From positions 1 to 64,000 of the IMG/VR virus record IMGVR_UViG_3300020182_002648: a stretch of 64,000 bases of DNA, one strand, 5' to 3'. Position numbers and translations under genes: made by a program. The first letter of the stretch is position 1, and each line of letters begins with the position of its first letter. The notes below the pieces were generated by a model that was given only the letters and a program-made list of their open reading frames with translations, ran no database searches and was not told the origin of the DNA. Positions 51,475 through 60,578 of the stretch are shown piece after piece. The DNA is from a virus.

Positions 51475-52384
51475 AAAACAAATTAATAACCAACTTAAAG
51501 ATCTAGGCGACGGAATCCTCACAGAGGAAACTCTAGCAGAACTAGAAACATCATTCCATGAATCAGTAGACGAGTTAGCTCAATTACGTGTTGAGAAAGC
51601 ACTAGTTGAACAAGACGAAGAACATGCTGTTAAACTCGAGAAGCTTTTAGAAGCTATCGATAGTGATCACACTAACAAACTTCAAAAGGTTGTAGAGGCT
51701 ATCGACAAAAATCACTCAGAAAAATTAGTCGCTCTCGTAGAGAAGTTCAAAACGGAAATTGATGGAGACGCTAAAGTGTTTAAAGAAGGCTTAGTAGACA
51801 ACATCAGCAACTACTTAGACTTGTATGTTGAAGAGACTTTACCAGTAGCAGACATTCAAGAGGCTATTAAGAATAAACATGCAGTAACAGTATTAGAAGG
51901 ATTAAGAAAAGCATTATCAGTTGACAATGCGCTTTCAAATGAGTCAGTACGGGAAGCTGTTATGGACGGTAAACGTCAAATCGATGAGGCTTCTACTACA
52001 GCAATCAAGTTAGCTGAAGAGAACAAAGTTTTAAAAGAAAACTTAAGTGCTCAACGTGCTGAATTAGCACTGGACAAGCTCACAGAAGGTCTACCTGCTA
52101 GCAAAAGACGTCACATGTACAAAGTACTTGAAGGCAAGTCCGCACAATTTATTAACGAGAACTTCCAATACACATTGGACATGTTCGAGAAAAATGAAAA
52201 ATCTAAACTAACCGATCTCAAGGCAGAAGCCACTAGTGGCAAGAGAGTCATCGATCGTCCAGTTTCAAAGCAAGCACCTGTTATTAAAGAGAGTGTTGAA
52301 TCCCAAATCGAGCAAGTAGAACCTGACAACAAACAAGACGGTCATCTATTTAACAATTATATGGGTGAGCTTAAGAAATGGTAA
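51467..52384 (+). CDS. Prohead core scaffold protein (T4 gp22)
   Basis: Acidic coiled coil, 'LVDNISNYLDLYVEE', position between gp21 and gp23; CATAAATA at 51450-51457. Confidence 0.9.
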   Translation: MSEKQINNQLKDLGDGILTEETLAELETSFHESVDELAQLRVEKALVEQDEEHAVKLEKLLEAIDSDHTNKLQKVVEAIDKNHSEKLVALVEKFKTEIDGDAKVFKEGLVDNISNYLDLYVEETLPVADIQEAIKNKHAVTVLEGLRKALSVDNALSNESVREAVMDGKRQIDEASTTAIKLAEENKVLKENLSAQRAELALDKLTEGLPASKRRHMYKVLEGKSAQFINENFQYTLDMFEKNEKSKLTDLKAEATSGKRVIDRPVSKQAPVIKESVESQIEQVEPDNKQDGHLFNNYMGELKKW

Positions 52385-52399
52385 CATCAATTTTAAATG

Positions 52400-52426
52400 A
52401 GGCTTCACAGCCTGAGTATGTAAGGA
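52400..52426 (+). promoter_or_regulatory. Leader hairpin and Shine-Dalgarno-like site of the major capsid gene
   Basis: aggct-tcac-agcct (52400-52413), then TAAGGA (52421-52426) 10 nt before the ATG. Confidence 0.55.
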
Positions 52427-52436
52427 AATTAATAAT

Positions 52437-53894
52437 ATGTCACAGGTAAAACCCGCACAATCATATATTGATGAGGAAAGAGCTGGAACACTTCTTGAGA
52501 AGTGGGCACCAGTTTTGGATTACACATCCGATAACGTTAAACCTATCACCGATGATCATTCTCGTTTGAACACCGCTATTCTCTTGGAAAACCAAGAGTC
52601 ATGGTGCTTGAAAGAAAATTCAGCTGGTGGTGGAGCAGGCGGAGTCTTCGGATCTGCTGGAAGCATGGGTCAAGGAGGCGCAATGACGCCTGCTCAAGAC
52701 TTTTACGCTACTGGCGATGCACGTCTTCCAAAAATTCTCATCCCAATGATTCGTCGTACATTCCCTGAACTAATTACTAATGAGATCGTAGGCGTCCAAC
52801 CTATGAGTGGTCCAGTAGGGCTTGCTTTTGCAATGCGTTACAAATACGAAAATGAATCTTTGGGTTCAACAGGTATTGACGGACACACTAATGGGTCAAC
52901 AACTACTGGTAAAAACGGCCAACCTCGTACAGCAGGAAATGCTCCTGATAACGAAGCCGGATACCAGAAGTTAGACACACGTTTCACAGGTGCATCTTCT
53001 GCTGCTTTAAGTGGAGACGCTGGACTCGGAATCGACTTTGTCGATAACGATGCTGGTATCGCTGCTAAACTAGCTGATTATGAACTTACTGGTAACATCC
53101 CACAGATGGTAGTCTCTTTTGAGAAGACCGCTGTTGAGGCTGGAACTCGTAGGCTCGCTGCACGTTGGAGCGTAGAGCTTGAACAAGACCTCAAGAACAT
53201 GAATGGTATTGATATCGATACTGAATTAACAAACGCTATGTCGTATGAAATTCAGGCCGAAATTGACCGTGAAATGCTCATGAGAATGGTTCAAGTCGCC
53301 GCCAATGCTGGAAGTGGAAAAGGTGTTAGCACCTGGTCCCCCGCTAGTGCTGACGGACGTTGGATGGCTGAACGTAATCGTGATCTTTACGCCAAAATTA
53401 TCGTAGAAGCAAATCGTATTGCTATTCGTAATCGCCGTGGAGCAGCTAACTTTTTAGTTGCTACTCCTCGCGTTTGCGCTATCTTGGAAATGCTCCCTGA
53501 ATTTCAGTGGATGCAAGTTCAAGGTAATGTCAATACCCAACCCGTTGGAATTGCTCGCGTCGGTAACTTAGGTGGAAGATTTAACGTTTACCGCGATACA
53601 CGCACAGAAGCTCAATACGAAGACGGACAAAGGTCCGGCGGACGTATGGAGTATATTCTTTTAGGCTATAAAGGACCTGAGTTTTACGACACAGGAATCA
53701 TTTATTGCCCATACATCCCAGTGATGGTACAAAGAACTGTAGGTCCTAATGATTTTGCTCCACGTGTTGGACTGCTCACCCGTTATGGTGTAGTAGACAA
53801 TATCTTCGGTGCAGATCTTTATTACCACGTTATCGTAATCAAGAATCTCGGTGATTCGTTCACACCCGGCACTCAGTCGGTGTACTTCGGATAA
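52437..53894 (+). CDS. Major capsid protein (T4 gp23)
   Basis: 'LLEKWAPVL', 'TAILLENQ', 'GVQPMSGPVGLAFAMR', 'ELEQDLKNMNGID', 'EIDRE', 'YCPYIP', 'TRYG'. Confidence 0.98.
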   Translation: MSQVKPAQSYIDEERAGTLLEKWAPVLDYTSDNVKPITDDHSRLNTAILLENQESWCLKENSAGGGAGGVFGSAGSMGQGGAMTPAQDFYATGDARLPKILIPMIRRTFPELITNEIVGVQPMSGPVGLAFAMRYKYENESLGSTGIDGHTNGSTTTGKNGQPRTAGNAPDNEAGYQKLDTRFTGASSAALSGDAGLGIDFVDNDAGIAAKLADYELTGNIPQMVVSFEKTAVEAGTRRLAARWSVELEQDLKNMNGIDIDTELTNAMSYEIQAEIDREMLMRMVQVAANAGSGKGVSTWSPASADGRWMAERNRDLYAKIIVEANRIAIRNRRGAANFLVATPRVCAILEMLPEFQWMQVQGNVNTQPVGIARVGNLGGRFNVYRDTRTEAQYEDGQRSGGRMEYILLGYKGPEFYDTGIIYCPYIPVMVQRTVGPNDFAPRVGLLTRYGVVDNIFGADLYYHVIVIKNLGDSFTPGTQSVYFG

Positions 53895-53954
53895 ATCATT
53901 TAAGATGTTTTAGAAGCCGTTGAAATGATACACACGGCAAGAAGTTTTTAACTC

Positions 53955-53990
53955 ACGGTCTACCGATTGATTTCGGTAGACCGTTTTTTT
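53955..53990 (+). terminator. Rho-independent terminator of the head operon
   Basis: Perfect 12-bp stem acggtctaccga/tcggtagaccgt followed by a T run. Confidence 0.92.
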
Positions 53991-54008
53991 GTGTATATAC
54001 GGACAGAC

Positions 54009-54038
54009 AAAAAAGGCCGCCCTGTGTAGAGCGACCTT
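54009..54038 (-). terminator. Rho-independent terminator of the queF operon
   Basis: Minus strand reads aaggtcgctct-acac-agggcggcctt-tttt (stem with G:U pairs). Confidence 0.8.
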
Positions 54039-54064
54039 GTTAGTTTAGTTAGGGTTAAATTGTA

Positions 54065-54997
54065 TTATTGTTTGCTTGTCTTGACGTGAGGTATCTTCAC
54101 GTCAATCAAAGCAGGGCATGCCCAATCAATTGAGCTCTTATCATTAGCACGAACAGGATTGATATCAATACCACCTCGACGAGCATACAGACAGGTTACC
54201 ACGAGCTTCTCCGGAGACAATATATCATGTAGACGTTTGTATATTGTCTCACATATCTCTTCATGAAAGTGACATTCATCCCTAAACGAAATGATATACT
54301 TGAGCATGCTCTCAGGTGTCACGTGGTTCTGTCCTTTGATAGCAATCCATACATCACCCCAATCTGGTTGACTTGTGACACGACAATTACTCTTGAGCAA
54401 ACCACTATGAAACTTAGACCAGCTAGTGACAATACCACCCTCTGGTAGATCTTCTAGTTCTAACAAGTCTGGTGTCTCCGTGTATGTTTCCACATTCATA
54501 TCGGTTAGTAATTGAGGATCTAACACTTCCTCTAATGTCGTGTATCCTTTCCTGCTGAACAAAGGATCTCCACTAGCTTTGATATTAGATGGTATCACGT
54601 GTACCTCTACATGAGTCTCTAGCAACTTGCTCAAATCATCTGATGCATGTAAAGAGATAAACTCTAACACGCTTTCTTGACTGTTTCCGCATTTGAACAT
54701 GTTGAAACTATTGAAATACAACTTGATACTCTTGCTCTCAACAATGTACTTACTATCACACGGATACACGATTTTAGCCACCCCAGCAACAGGTAACCCA
54801 CCATTAGTCAACCCACTCACTTCATATGCATTCCATGTATCATATCCCACGAACGGTAGATCATCATCACTGATATCTAGATGCTTTCTATTGTTACTTC
54901 TAGGTTCTCTGACCAATAAATTACTATCGTATTGGTCCTTGTATTGAGATGTTTGTCCTAAATGAACTGATATATTACTATTGTCTAATTTTGTCAT
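54065..54997 (-). CDS. queF: NADPH-dependent preQ0 reductase QueF (bimodular type)
   Basis: QueF motif 'ESKSIKLYFNSF', catalytic 'LKSNCRVTSQPDWG', 'FHEEICE', 'YARRGGIDINP'. Confidence 0.96.
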   Translation of the reverse strand: MTKLDNSNISVHLGQTSQYKDQYDSNLLVREPRSNNRKHLDISDDDLPFVGYDTWNAYEVSGLTNGGLPVAGVAKIVYPCDSKYIVESKSIKLYFNSFNMFKCGNSQESVLEFISLHASDDLSKLLETHVEVHVIPSNIKASGDPLFSRKGYTTLEEVLDPQLLTDMNVETYTETPDLLELEDLPEGGIVTSWSKFHSGLLKSNCRVTSQPDWGDVWIAIKGQNHVTPESMLKYIISFRDECHFHEEICETIYKRLHDILSPEKLVVTCLYARRGGIDINPVRANDKSSIDWACPALIDVKIPHVKTSKQ

Positions 54998-55545
54998 TTT
55001 ATGTGCTTTAAAATTGTTTCCATCCTCTCTTCTACAGATCCACTTAACTTAACTATTCTATCCCTCCATGAATTCACACCTGGTAAGCTAACCGGAGATG
55101 TGAGAATCTCGTTGTATATATCTAGTATATTGTTACGAAACTGCATGTCAGTGCTCCTCACACCATCATCCTCGAATGGTATCTCATCAGGACATGTATA
55201 GAATATAACATCTAACTTGTTACCTAGAAACGATAGCATGTTCCGCGAGAACTCTCTCACCCAGGTTTCTACTAATCCTTGATCTGATAACCATTTTGTA
55301 TACACATAGCCATCCAATATACATCTATCGAGAATGACATTACCTGTCATACAGTGATTGTCTAGATGTTCTTTGAGAATATGTAACTGTGTCATATCAT
55401 TACCAGATGTATTTATATCATGACCTTCTCTAGCTACTTTTCTAGTAACCTCATCAACAAACTGCCAGTTGTTGAGATGTTTCTTACATTCAGCGAGTAA
55501 GGTTGACTTACCTGTACATTGTGCTCCTGTGAATCCTACTAACAT
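54994..55545 (-). CDS. P-loop nucleotide kinase (AAA_28/thymidylate-kinase-like)
   Basis: Walker A 'GAQCTGKST', 'LDRCILDGYVY', lid 'EDDGVR'. Confidence 0.8.
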   Translation of the reverse strand: MLVGFTGAQCTGKSTLLAECKKHLNNWQFVDEVTRKVAREGHDINTSGNDMTQLHILKEHLDNHCMTGNVILDRCILDGYVYTKWLSDQGLVETWVREFSRNMLSFLGNKLDVIFYTCPDEIPFEDDGVRSTDMQFRNNILDIYNEILTSPVSLPGVNSWRDRIVKLSGSVEERMETILKHIK

Positions 55546-55551
55546 ATTCTA

Positions 55552-55580
55552 ATTATATCCTATTTGTTTGGATAGTTCAA
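55552..55580 (-). promoter_or_regulatory. Sigma70-type promoter, leaderless geometry
   Basis: Minus strand TTGAAC-17 nt-TATAAT-TAGAAT-ATG(55545). Confidence 0.7.
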
Positions 55581-55895
55581 CTTGTCATTCATGTTATCTA
55601 AATTTTTTTCTGTCCACATTGCACACATCATGTTCCATACCACTGCAGCGGCATGATCTTCACTCTCATCTCCTTGCCACCATTGCATCATGTGTCTATT
55701 AGCACTATCGTAATACACACTAAGCGGCATGCCTTTGGTCCAATTGTTGTCTCCATACTTTGCCCCACCGGAGCGGTACCTCTCCATCACTCTCTCAAGT
55801 TCCTTAATAGGTACTAAGGACATGCATAATTTACCGTCTCCTGTGTCTCTCTGAGCCCCGGAGTCGAATTGTCTGTTGTTAGATGTATCTGTCAT
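55560..55895 (-). CDS. dATP/dGTP diphosphohydrolase-domain protein (DUF5664-like)
   Basis: 'FDSGAQRD...GK..MSLVP...GAKYGDNNWTKG...YYDSANRH...EDHAAAVVWN'. ATG at 55895 preferred. Confidence 0.85.
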   Translation of the reverse strand: MTDTSNNRQFDSGAQRDTGDGKLCMSLVPIKELERVMERYRSGGAKYGDNNWTKGMPLSVYYDSANRHMMQWWQGDESEDHAAAVVWNMMCAMWTEKNLDNMNDKLNYPNK

Positions 55896-56061
55896 ATCTT
55901 GAATTGAATGTTGAAACACCACACAATGCAGCAACAGTTGTTGATAATATGGCTTCTCCAGTCAACCCATGCATGGTCATCAGCACCGCTACCATCAGAT
56001 TGACAACACACATCACTATCAAAATCTGTCCTGCTAAATTAACATTGCTCCAACGTCTCAT
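55879..56061 (-). CDS. Small two-helix membrane protein
   Basis: 60 aa, two hydrophobic segments, same strand as the operon and overlapping the next gene. Confidence 0.5.
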   Translation of the reverse strand: MRRWSNVNLAGQILIVMCVVNLMVAVLMTMHGLTGEAILSTTVAALCGVSTFNSRYDRYI

Positions 56062-56133
56062 GCTACAAGTACAATTAGTATGTCTCTGTATAATATGACA
56101 GATAGATCTAATATCAATAACGTCAATATAAAT

Positions 56134-56382
56134 TTAATTCGTCCCATTGCTCTCTATACTGTCTATATTTGAGATGATATCACTCATTGTCAGTGATTGT
56201 GTTTCAATTCTACTAGAACCATTATTGTCAATGCGTTTATGAGTCAATCCTATGTTAAAATTGTTCACGTTGATATTAACATTATGATCAATGATCACAT
56301 GGTGAGATGTTTTAATTGTATTGCATCCAGTCAACCCAACAATCGTCATGGCTGTTCCTAATATCACGTTTATAATTTTCAT
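56134..56382 (-). CDS. Putative lipoprotein
   Basis: Signal peptide with lipobox 'LTGC' (Cys20). Confidence 0.65.
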   Translation of the reverse strand: MKIINVILGTAMTIVGLTGCNTIKTSHHVIIDHNVNINVNNFNIGLTHKRIDNNGSSRIETQSLTMSDIISNIDSIESNGTN

Positions 56383-56389
56383 TTTTACT

Positions 56390-56917
56390 TTATGTTTTTA
56401 ATAGTTGTATCCATAATTGTGTAGCCATTTCATGTAAACGGCAACTTAAATCATCTTCTCCATAAAAGTTATTGGAAGTTGATATCTCTGCTAAGACTTC
56501 ACCGGCATCTACCTCTGAAATCACTTCATGAATCACACAGCCTACTCTCTTGTACTTCTCATCTCCAGTGTTCGCTACACGCTTCTGAGGATCAGCGCCT
56601 TTTAGCTCCGGGTACAGTGTTATCAAACCGGGATGTAGGTTGTATATTTTATATTCTCTACATATCTTTGGTGGTATGATTCTCATCCATCCATGGAGAG
56701 TGACAATATCCACATCCTTGAGAACATTTCTGTAGTCCTCAACAGATGGTTTCTGTTGAACATATACATTGTCTCTGATACCTTCATGTATTCGTTCACT
56801 TCCTGGTGTGTTGTTTGTTATGATCACATCTGGATCACGTCCTATGATGTTAGATATATTCACGATCTCTGATCCTGTGTGACTGAACAACGCAGCCCAT
56901 CTTTTGTTTTTTAGCAT
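56390..56917 (-). CDS. PurN-like formyltransferase (probable preQ1 formyltransferase, DpdN-type)
   Basis: 'ALFSHTGS', 'LHGWMRII', catalytic 'NLHPGL', 'GCVIHEV...VDAG'; lies between TGT-like and queF genes with no other pur genes. Confidence 0.8.
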   Translation of the reverse strand: MLKNKRWAALFSHTGSEIVNISNIIGRDPDVIITNNTPGSERIHEGIRDNVYVQQKPSVEDYRNVLKDVDIVTLHGWMRIIPPKICREYKIYNLHPGLITLYPELKGADPQKRVANTGDEKYKRVGCVIHEVISEVDAGEVLAEISTSNNFYGEDDLSCRLHEMATQLWIQLLKT

Positions 56918-56918
56918 A

Positions 56919-57734
56919 TCATCTTTTGATTATTTTTTTAAACATTTTCGTGTTATACTCCAGTAGTTCCATGTCGATATCGTCAGCCTTATAGTCTATA
57001 AGATCTGCCAGGAGTGTTGAAGGTTTACTATGTAGTCCATGTATATCATTATATCTATAGTTCTTGATTGTGGCAACTACTGGGTTGCTCGTGTCAAGGC
57101 TCTTTATGTTATAAACATTGTTATCCACGTACCATCTAAACTCCTTCGCTAGACTACAACCTAATAGATGATGAGGTTTGTTCCAGTTCCAATGTCCCTC
57201 GTCAATCAATTGTCTTATAAACCGCTGCCTTCCTGAACACCATTTCTCTAAAGTAGGATTAGCTAATCCTGACTTCACACCAGTGTATCCATAATATTTG
57301 TAATCAAAACTAATAGCTATATAGTCAGCATGGTCACTCATGAACTTATAACACTTGAGTAGATGATCCCAATCCTTTCCCTGTACTACACCTATACGCA
57401 AAGCATCAGTAGTGTCAGTGTACTCATTCGTGAAACTCTTCCAGCTCTGTATTGTGTCCGCTGCATCTTCTAATACATCAGGTACTATATACCAGTTGGG
57501 TTGTAACTTGTCAATCCATTCAGCATATTTGATTGGATTGAAGCTCTTTCCTAACTCAAATATACTATTATCTAACAAAACTGAACATTTATTTTCATCA
57601 ACTAAATTCTTAAAAAATTTATAATAGTCAGGATGCGTTTCAAACAAATGTACTAATGCATAAGCGTAATCATTGTATTCTAGTGATTTGTCTAGAATTG
57701 AGATTGGACTCTCGTGTGATACTTCTATTACCAT
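56919..57734 (-). CDS. dpdA: TGT-fold 7-deazaguanine transglycosylase-like protein (divergent DpdA, DpdA3-like)
   Basis: TGT/DpdA-like motifs 'LLDNSIFE', 'IVPDV', 'GVVQG', 'HHLLG', 'SLDTS' plus queF context. Start at ATG 57734. Confidence 0.7.
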   Translation of the reverse strand: MVIEVSHESPISILDKSLEYNDYAYALVHLFETHPDYYKFFKNLVDENKCSVLLDNSIFELGKSFNPIKYAEWIDKLQPNWYIVPDVLEDAADTIQSWKSFTNEYTDTTDALRIGVVQGKDWDHLLKCYKFMSDHADYIAISFDYKYYGYTGVKSGLANPTLEKWCSGRQRFIRQLIDEGHWNWNKPHHLLGCSLAKEFRWYVDNNVYNIKSLDTSNPVVATIKNYRYNDIHGLHSKPSTLLADLIDYKADDIDMELLEYNTKMFKKIIKR

Positions 57735-57740
57735 ACACTT

Positions 57741-57769
57741 ATTATACACTCAAACGTTGCATATGTCAA
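57741..57769 (-). promoter_or_regulatory. Perfect consensus sigma70 promoter of the modification operon
   Basis: Minus strand TTGACA-17 nt-TATAAT-6 nt-ATG(57734). Confidence 0.9.
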
Positions 57770-57785
57770 CGAAAATGTTTATAAT
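57757..57785 (+). promoter_or_regulatory. Divergent overlapping sigma70 promoter for clpC
   Basis: TTGCAT(57757-62)-17 nt-TATAAT(57780-85). Confidence 0.65.
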
Positions 57786-57797
57786 AATAGTATAAAT

Positions 57798-60290
57798 ATG
57801 AGTATGAAGGACTTACCTGATTTAACAGTTGCCGGTCGCCGCGCAATGATGACAGCAAAGAAAATTGCAGTAGATTATAAGCATGATTTCATTACAACCG
57901 AACATGTGTTACTAGCTATATTAGACTGTGATAAGATAACGCCTGGATTAAAAGCCATTTCTAAGCAGTATGTCCAGATAGACGACTTTAAATCCTTTGT
58001 TATAACCAATTTACAAAAATACACTGGCCCGGAGAACATTGATATAGGCCTGGTCGAACCATCACCACGTACATTACAGATGCTAGCATTCGCTAGTGGA
58101 ATCGCCGGTGAGATGGGATCATCTCTTATTGATGTGGATCACATGTTACTAAGTATACTAGTAAGCGATTCAGGTAGTGGTAACAATTTATTCAGACTCA
58201 AAAATATAAATGTTGATGACCTTTACGAGATCATATATGAAGCTATCACTCCACGAGGAGTGAGGAAGAAACAAGACCAAAAACAAAAATCCGGTATTGG
58301 TGGCAGTCATACTAACACGGACACTGATGAGATCTATGAAGAGAGTATCATCGATAAATACGCAGCAAATTTAACTCAATTAGCGTTTAATGGTGAGATT
58401 GACCCTGTGATAGGTCGTGATGACGAAGTGCAAGATGCAATTCAGATACTATCTAGACGTACTAAGAATAACCCTGTGCTAGTAGGGGAGCCCGGTGTTG
58501 GTAAGACAGCTGTAATAGAACTACTAGCTCACAGAATAGTCAATGGAGACGTACCGCAAAACTTGAGAGGTAAACAGATATACACATTAGATTTAGCCGC
58601 TCTGGTAGCTGGTACTATCTACAGAGGTCAATTTGAGGAGAGGTTGAAGGAAGTTATATCATACGTCACACAACGAGAGGATCTAATTATATTTATTGAT
58701 GAGTTACACATGCTTGTTGGAGCTGGTGCAAGTACTGGTAGTATGGATGCTAGTAACATATTGAAGCCAGCGTTAGCAAGAGGCAAGTTGTCATGTATAG
58801 GAGCCACTACCACTAGTGAATATAAGGAGTTTATAGAAGGTGACGGAGCATTAGAGAGACGATTTCAATCAATACATGTAGGAGAACCTGGGACAGAAGA
58901 TTGTATTGCAATACTTCGTGGTATCAAAGAGAAATACGAAGACTATCACAATGTAAAATATAACAAATCCGTGATAAAAGAGATTGTAACATTGTGTGAA
59001 CGTTATATTGTCGATAAAAACTTTCCTGACAAAGCGATTGACATACTAGATGAATCTGGAGCAGTAGCAAAAGTGTCTAGATATCATGGTAATACGGAGG
59101 TACAGGCTCTTATAGATGATTTGTTACATGTTAGCAGAAGCAAGGAAAAGGCTGTAGAGACAGGTGAATATGATTTAGGCTTAGGATACAGAGAAACAGA
59201 GGAACAATTGGCTGTTAAGTTAGAAGAATGTATCGAGGAGAGAGAAGCTGGTGAACTATCTAGAAACATAAAGCCTTCCAGGATATCAATTGAAGATATC
59301 AGAGAGTTGATATCTAATAAATGTGGTGTTCCTGTTAGTAGCATGGAGGCTGATGAGCTGAAAGTGCTGTCAAATCTTGCTATCAGTATGAAGAACAAGG
59401 TGATCGGACAAGAAGATGGTATAGACAAGATATGTAATGCTATCAAAAGGTCTAGAGCTGGTGTGAGCAACCCTGATAAACCTATATGTTCGTTATTATT
59501 TTTAGGACCAACAGGCGTAGGCAAGACCTATCTTGCACATCAACTAGGAAAAGCTATGTTTCATGACGGTAATTTCAAACAATACGACATGTCTGAGTTC
59601 AGCGAGAAGCATGCCACTAGTAAATTGATTGGATCTCCTCCCGGCTACGTCGGATATGGTGAGGGAGGGAGCCTAACGGAGTATGTTAGACACAACCCGT
59701 ACTGTGTACTACTGTTCGATGAGATCGAAAAAGCTCATCCTGAGGTGCTACAACTGTTTCTCCAAGTGTTTGAGTACGGTTGCTTGACTGATAGTGAAGG
59801 ATTAGAGGTAAATTTTAAAAATACTATAATAGTACTGACAAGTAACATAGGTGCTCACAAGTTTGAGAAGCGACCTAATGTAGGATTTGGTACAGGAGAG
59901 ACATTAGAAGAAGGAGTAGTGGCGGAACTCAAGAAGATGTATGCTCCAGAATTTATAAATCGCCTTGATGAGGTGGTTATATTCAACAAATTGACAGACA
60001 AAGACATCACATCTATTTGTACCGGGCTGTTAAAGGGTGTGAAACGTACTCTCAAGAATAACAATGGCAAGATAATTAACTTTTCTAAGGATATCGCTGA
60101 TCATATTCTATCTAAATCAAGAGACGCAGCATATGGTGCTCGTCCTTTGAAGAGAATCATCACAGAATTTATAGAGACACCACTAGCTGAGTTCATTATA
60201 TCTAACGATTCATCCATCCGCAAGATAAATGCTGAGGTTGTTGATGAAGATATACAGTTTACTGCTGCTTCTGTTGTTCAGCGTACTTGA
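57798..60290 (+). CDS. clpC: ATP-dependent Clp protease ATPase subunit (ClpC-type)
   Basis: Clp N repeats (TEHVLLAIL), two Walker A motifs (GEPGVGKT, GPTGVGKT), UVR-like middle helix, ClpP-docking 'VGF' loop, 'YGARPLKR'. Confidence 0.92.
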   Translation: MSMKDLPDLTVAGRRAMMTAKKIAVDYKHDFITTEHVLLAILDCDKITPGLKAISKQYVQIDDFKSFVITNLQKYTGPENIDIGLVEPSPRTLQMLAFASGIAGEMGSSLIDVDHMLLSILVSDSGSGNNLFRLKNINVDDLYEIIYEAITPRGVRKKQDQKQKSGIGGSHTNTDTDEIYEESIIDKYAANLTQLAFNGEIDPVIGRDDEVQDAIQILSRRTKNNPVLVGEPGVGKTAVIELLAHRIVNGDVPQNLRGKQIYTLDLAALVAGTIYRGQFEERLKEVISYVTQREDLIIFIDELHMLVGAGASTGSMDASNILKPALARGKLSCIGATTTSEYKEFIEGDGALERRFQSIHVGEPGTEDCIAILRGIKEKYEDYHNVKYNKSVIKEIVTLCERYIVDKNFPDKAIDILDESGAVAKVSRYHGNTEVQALIDDLLHVSRSKEKAVETGEYDLGLGYRETEEQLAVKLEECIEEREAGELSRNIKPSRISIEDIRELISNKCGVPVSSMEADELKVLSNLAISMKNKVIGQEDGIDKICNAIKRSRAGVSNPDKPICSLLFLGPTGVGKTYLAHQLGKAMFHDGNFKQYDMSEFSEKHATSKLIGSPPGYVGYGEGGSLTEYVRHNPYCVLLFDEIEKAHPEVLQLFLQVFEYGCLTDSEGLEVNFKNTIIVLTSNIGAHKFEKRPNVGFGTGETLEEGVVAELKKMYAPEFINRLDEVVIFNKLTDKDITSICTGLLKGVKRTLKNNNGKIINFSKDIADHILSKSRDAAYGARPLKRIITEFIETPLAEFIISNDSSIRKINAEVVDEDIQFTAASVVQRT

Positions 60291-60561
60291 AATAATAAGC
60301 CATCATCTCATCTTTTACATTGTCTGTAATACGTTGAGAGAAATCTTTAAGTTCCACCGGGAATTCGCCATGTTTTTCTTTATATGCGCGTAATCCGGTC
60401 TCCACTTTGAGTGTTTTGTAACAGTCTATCATGTGCCTCATGTTATTCTCCTTGCTATCTGACATGACATCTTCATAACACACAGGGCACCATATCTCAT
60501 CCACACTTCTGATATCTAAATATTTGTCAATATAGTCGTGTAAATTTAAAGTTAGTCTCAT
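60259..60561 (-). CDS. Hypothetical protein with CxxC
   Basis: 100 aa, 'WCPVC'; late-type box TATAAGTA on the minus strand 9 nt upstream. Confidence 0.65.
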   Translation of the reverse strand: MRLTLNLHDYIDKYLDIRSVDEIWCPVCYEDVMSDSKENNMRHMIDCYKTLKVETGLRAYKEKHGEFPVELKDFSQRITDNVKDEMMAYYFKYAEQQKQQ

Positions 60562-60565
60562 TCGC

Positions 60566-60578
60566 CTAAGTACTTATA
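60566..60578. promoter_or_regulatory. Palindromic bidirectional late-promoter candidate
   Basis: TAAGTACTTA (60567-60576) reads TAAGTA on both strands between divergent ATGs at 60561(-) and 60578(+). Confidence 0.55.

Noticed and set aside
56390-56917. purN as an auxiliary purine-synthesis gene
   Set aside because: Divergent sequence, no other pur genes, and the TGT-like/queF context fits base modification better.
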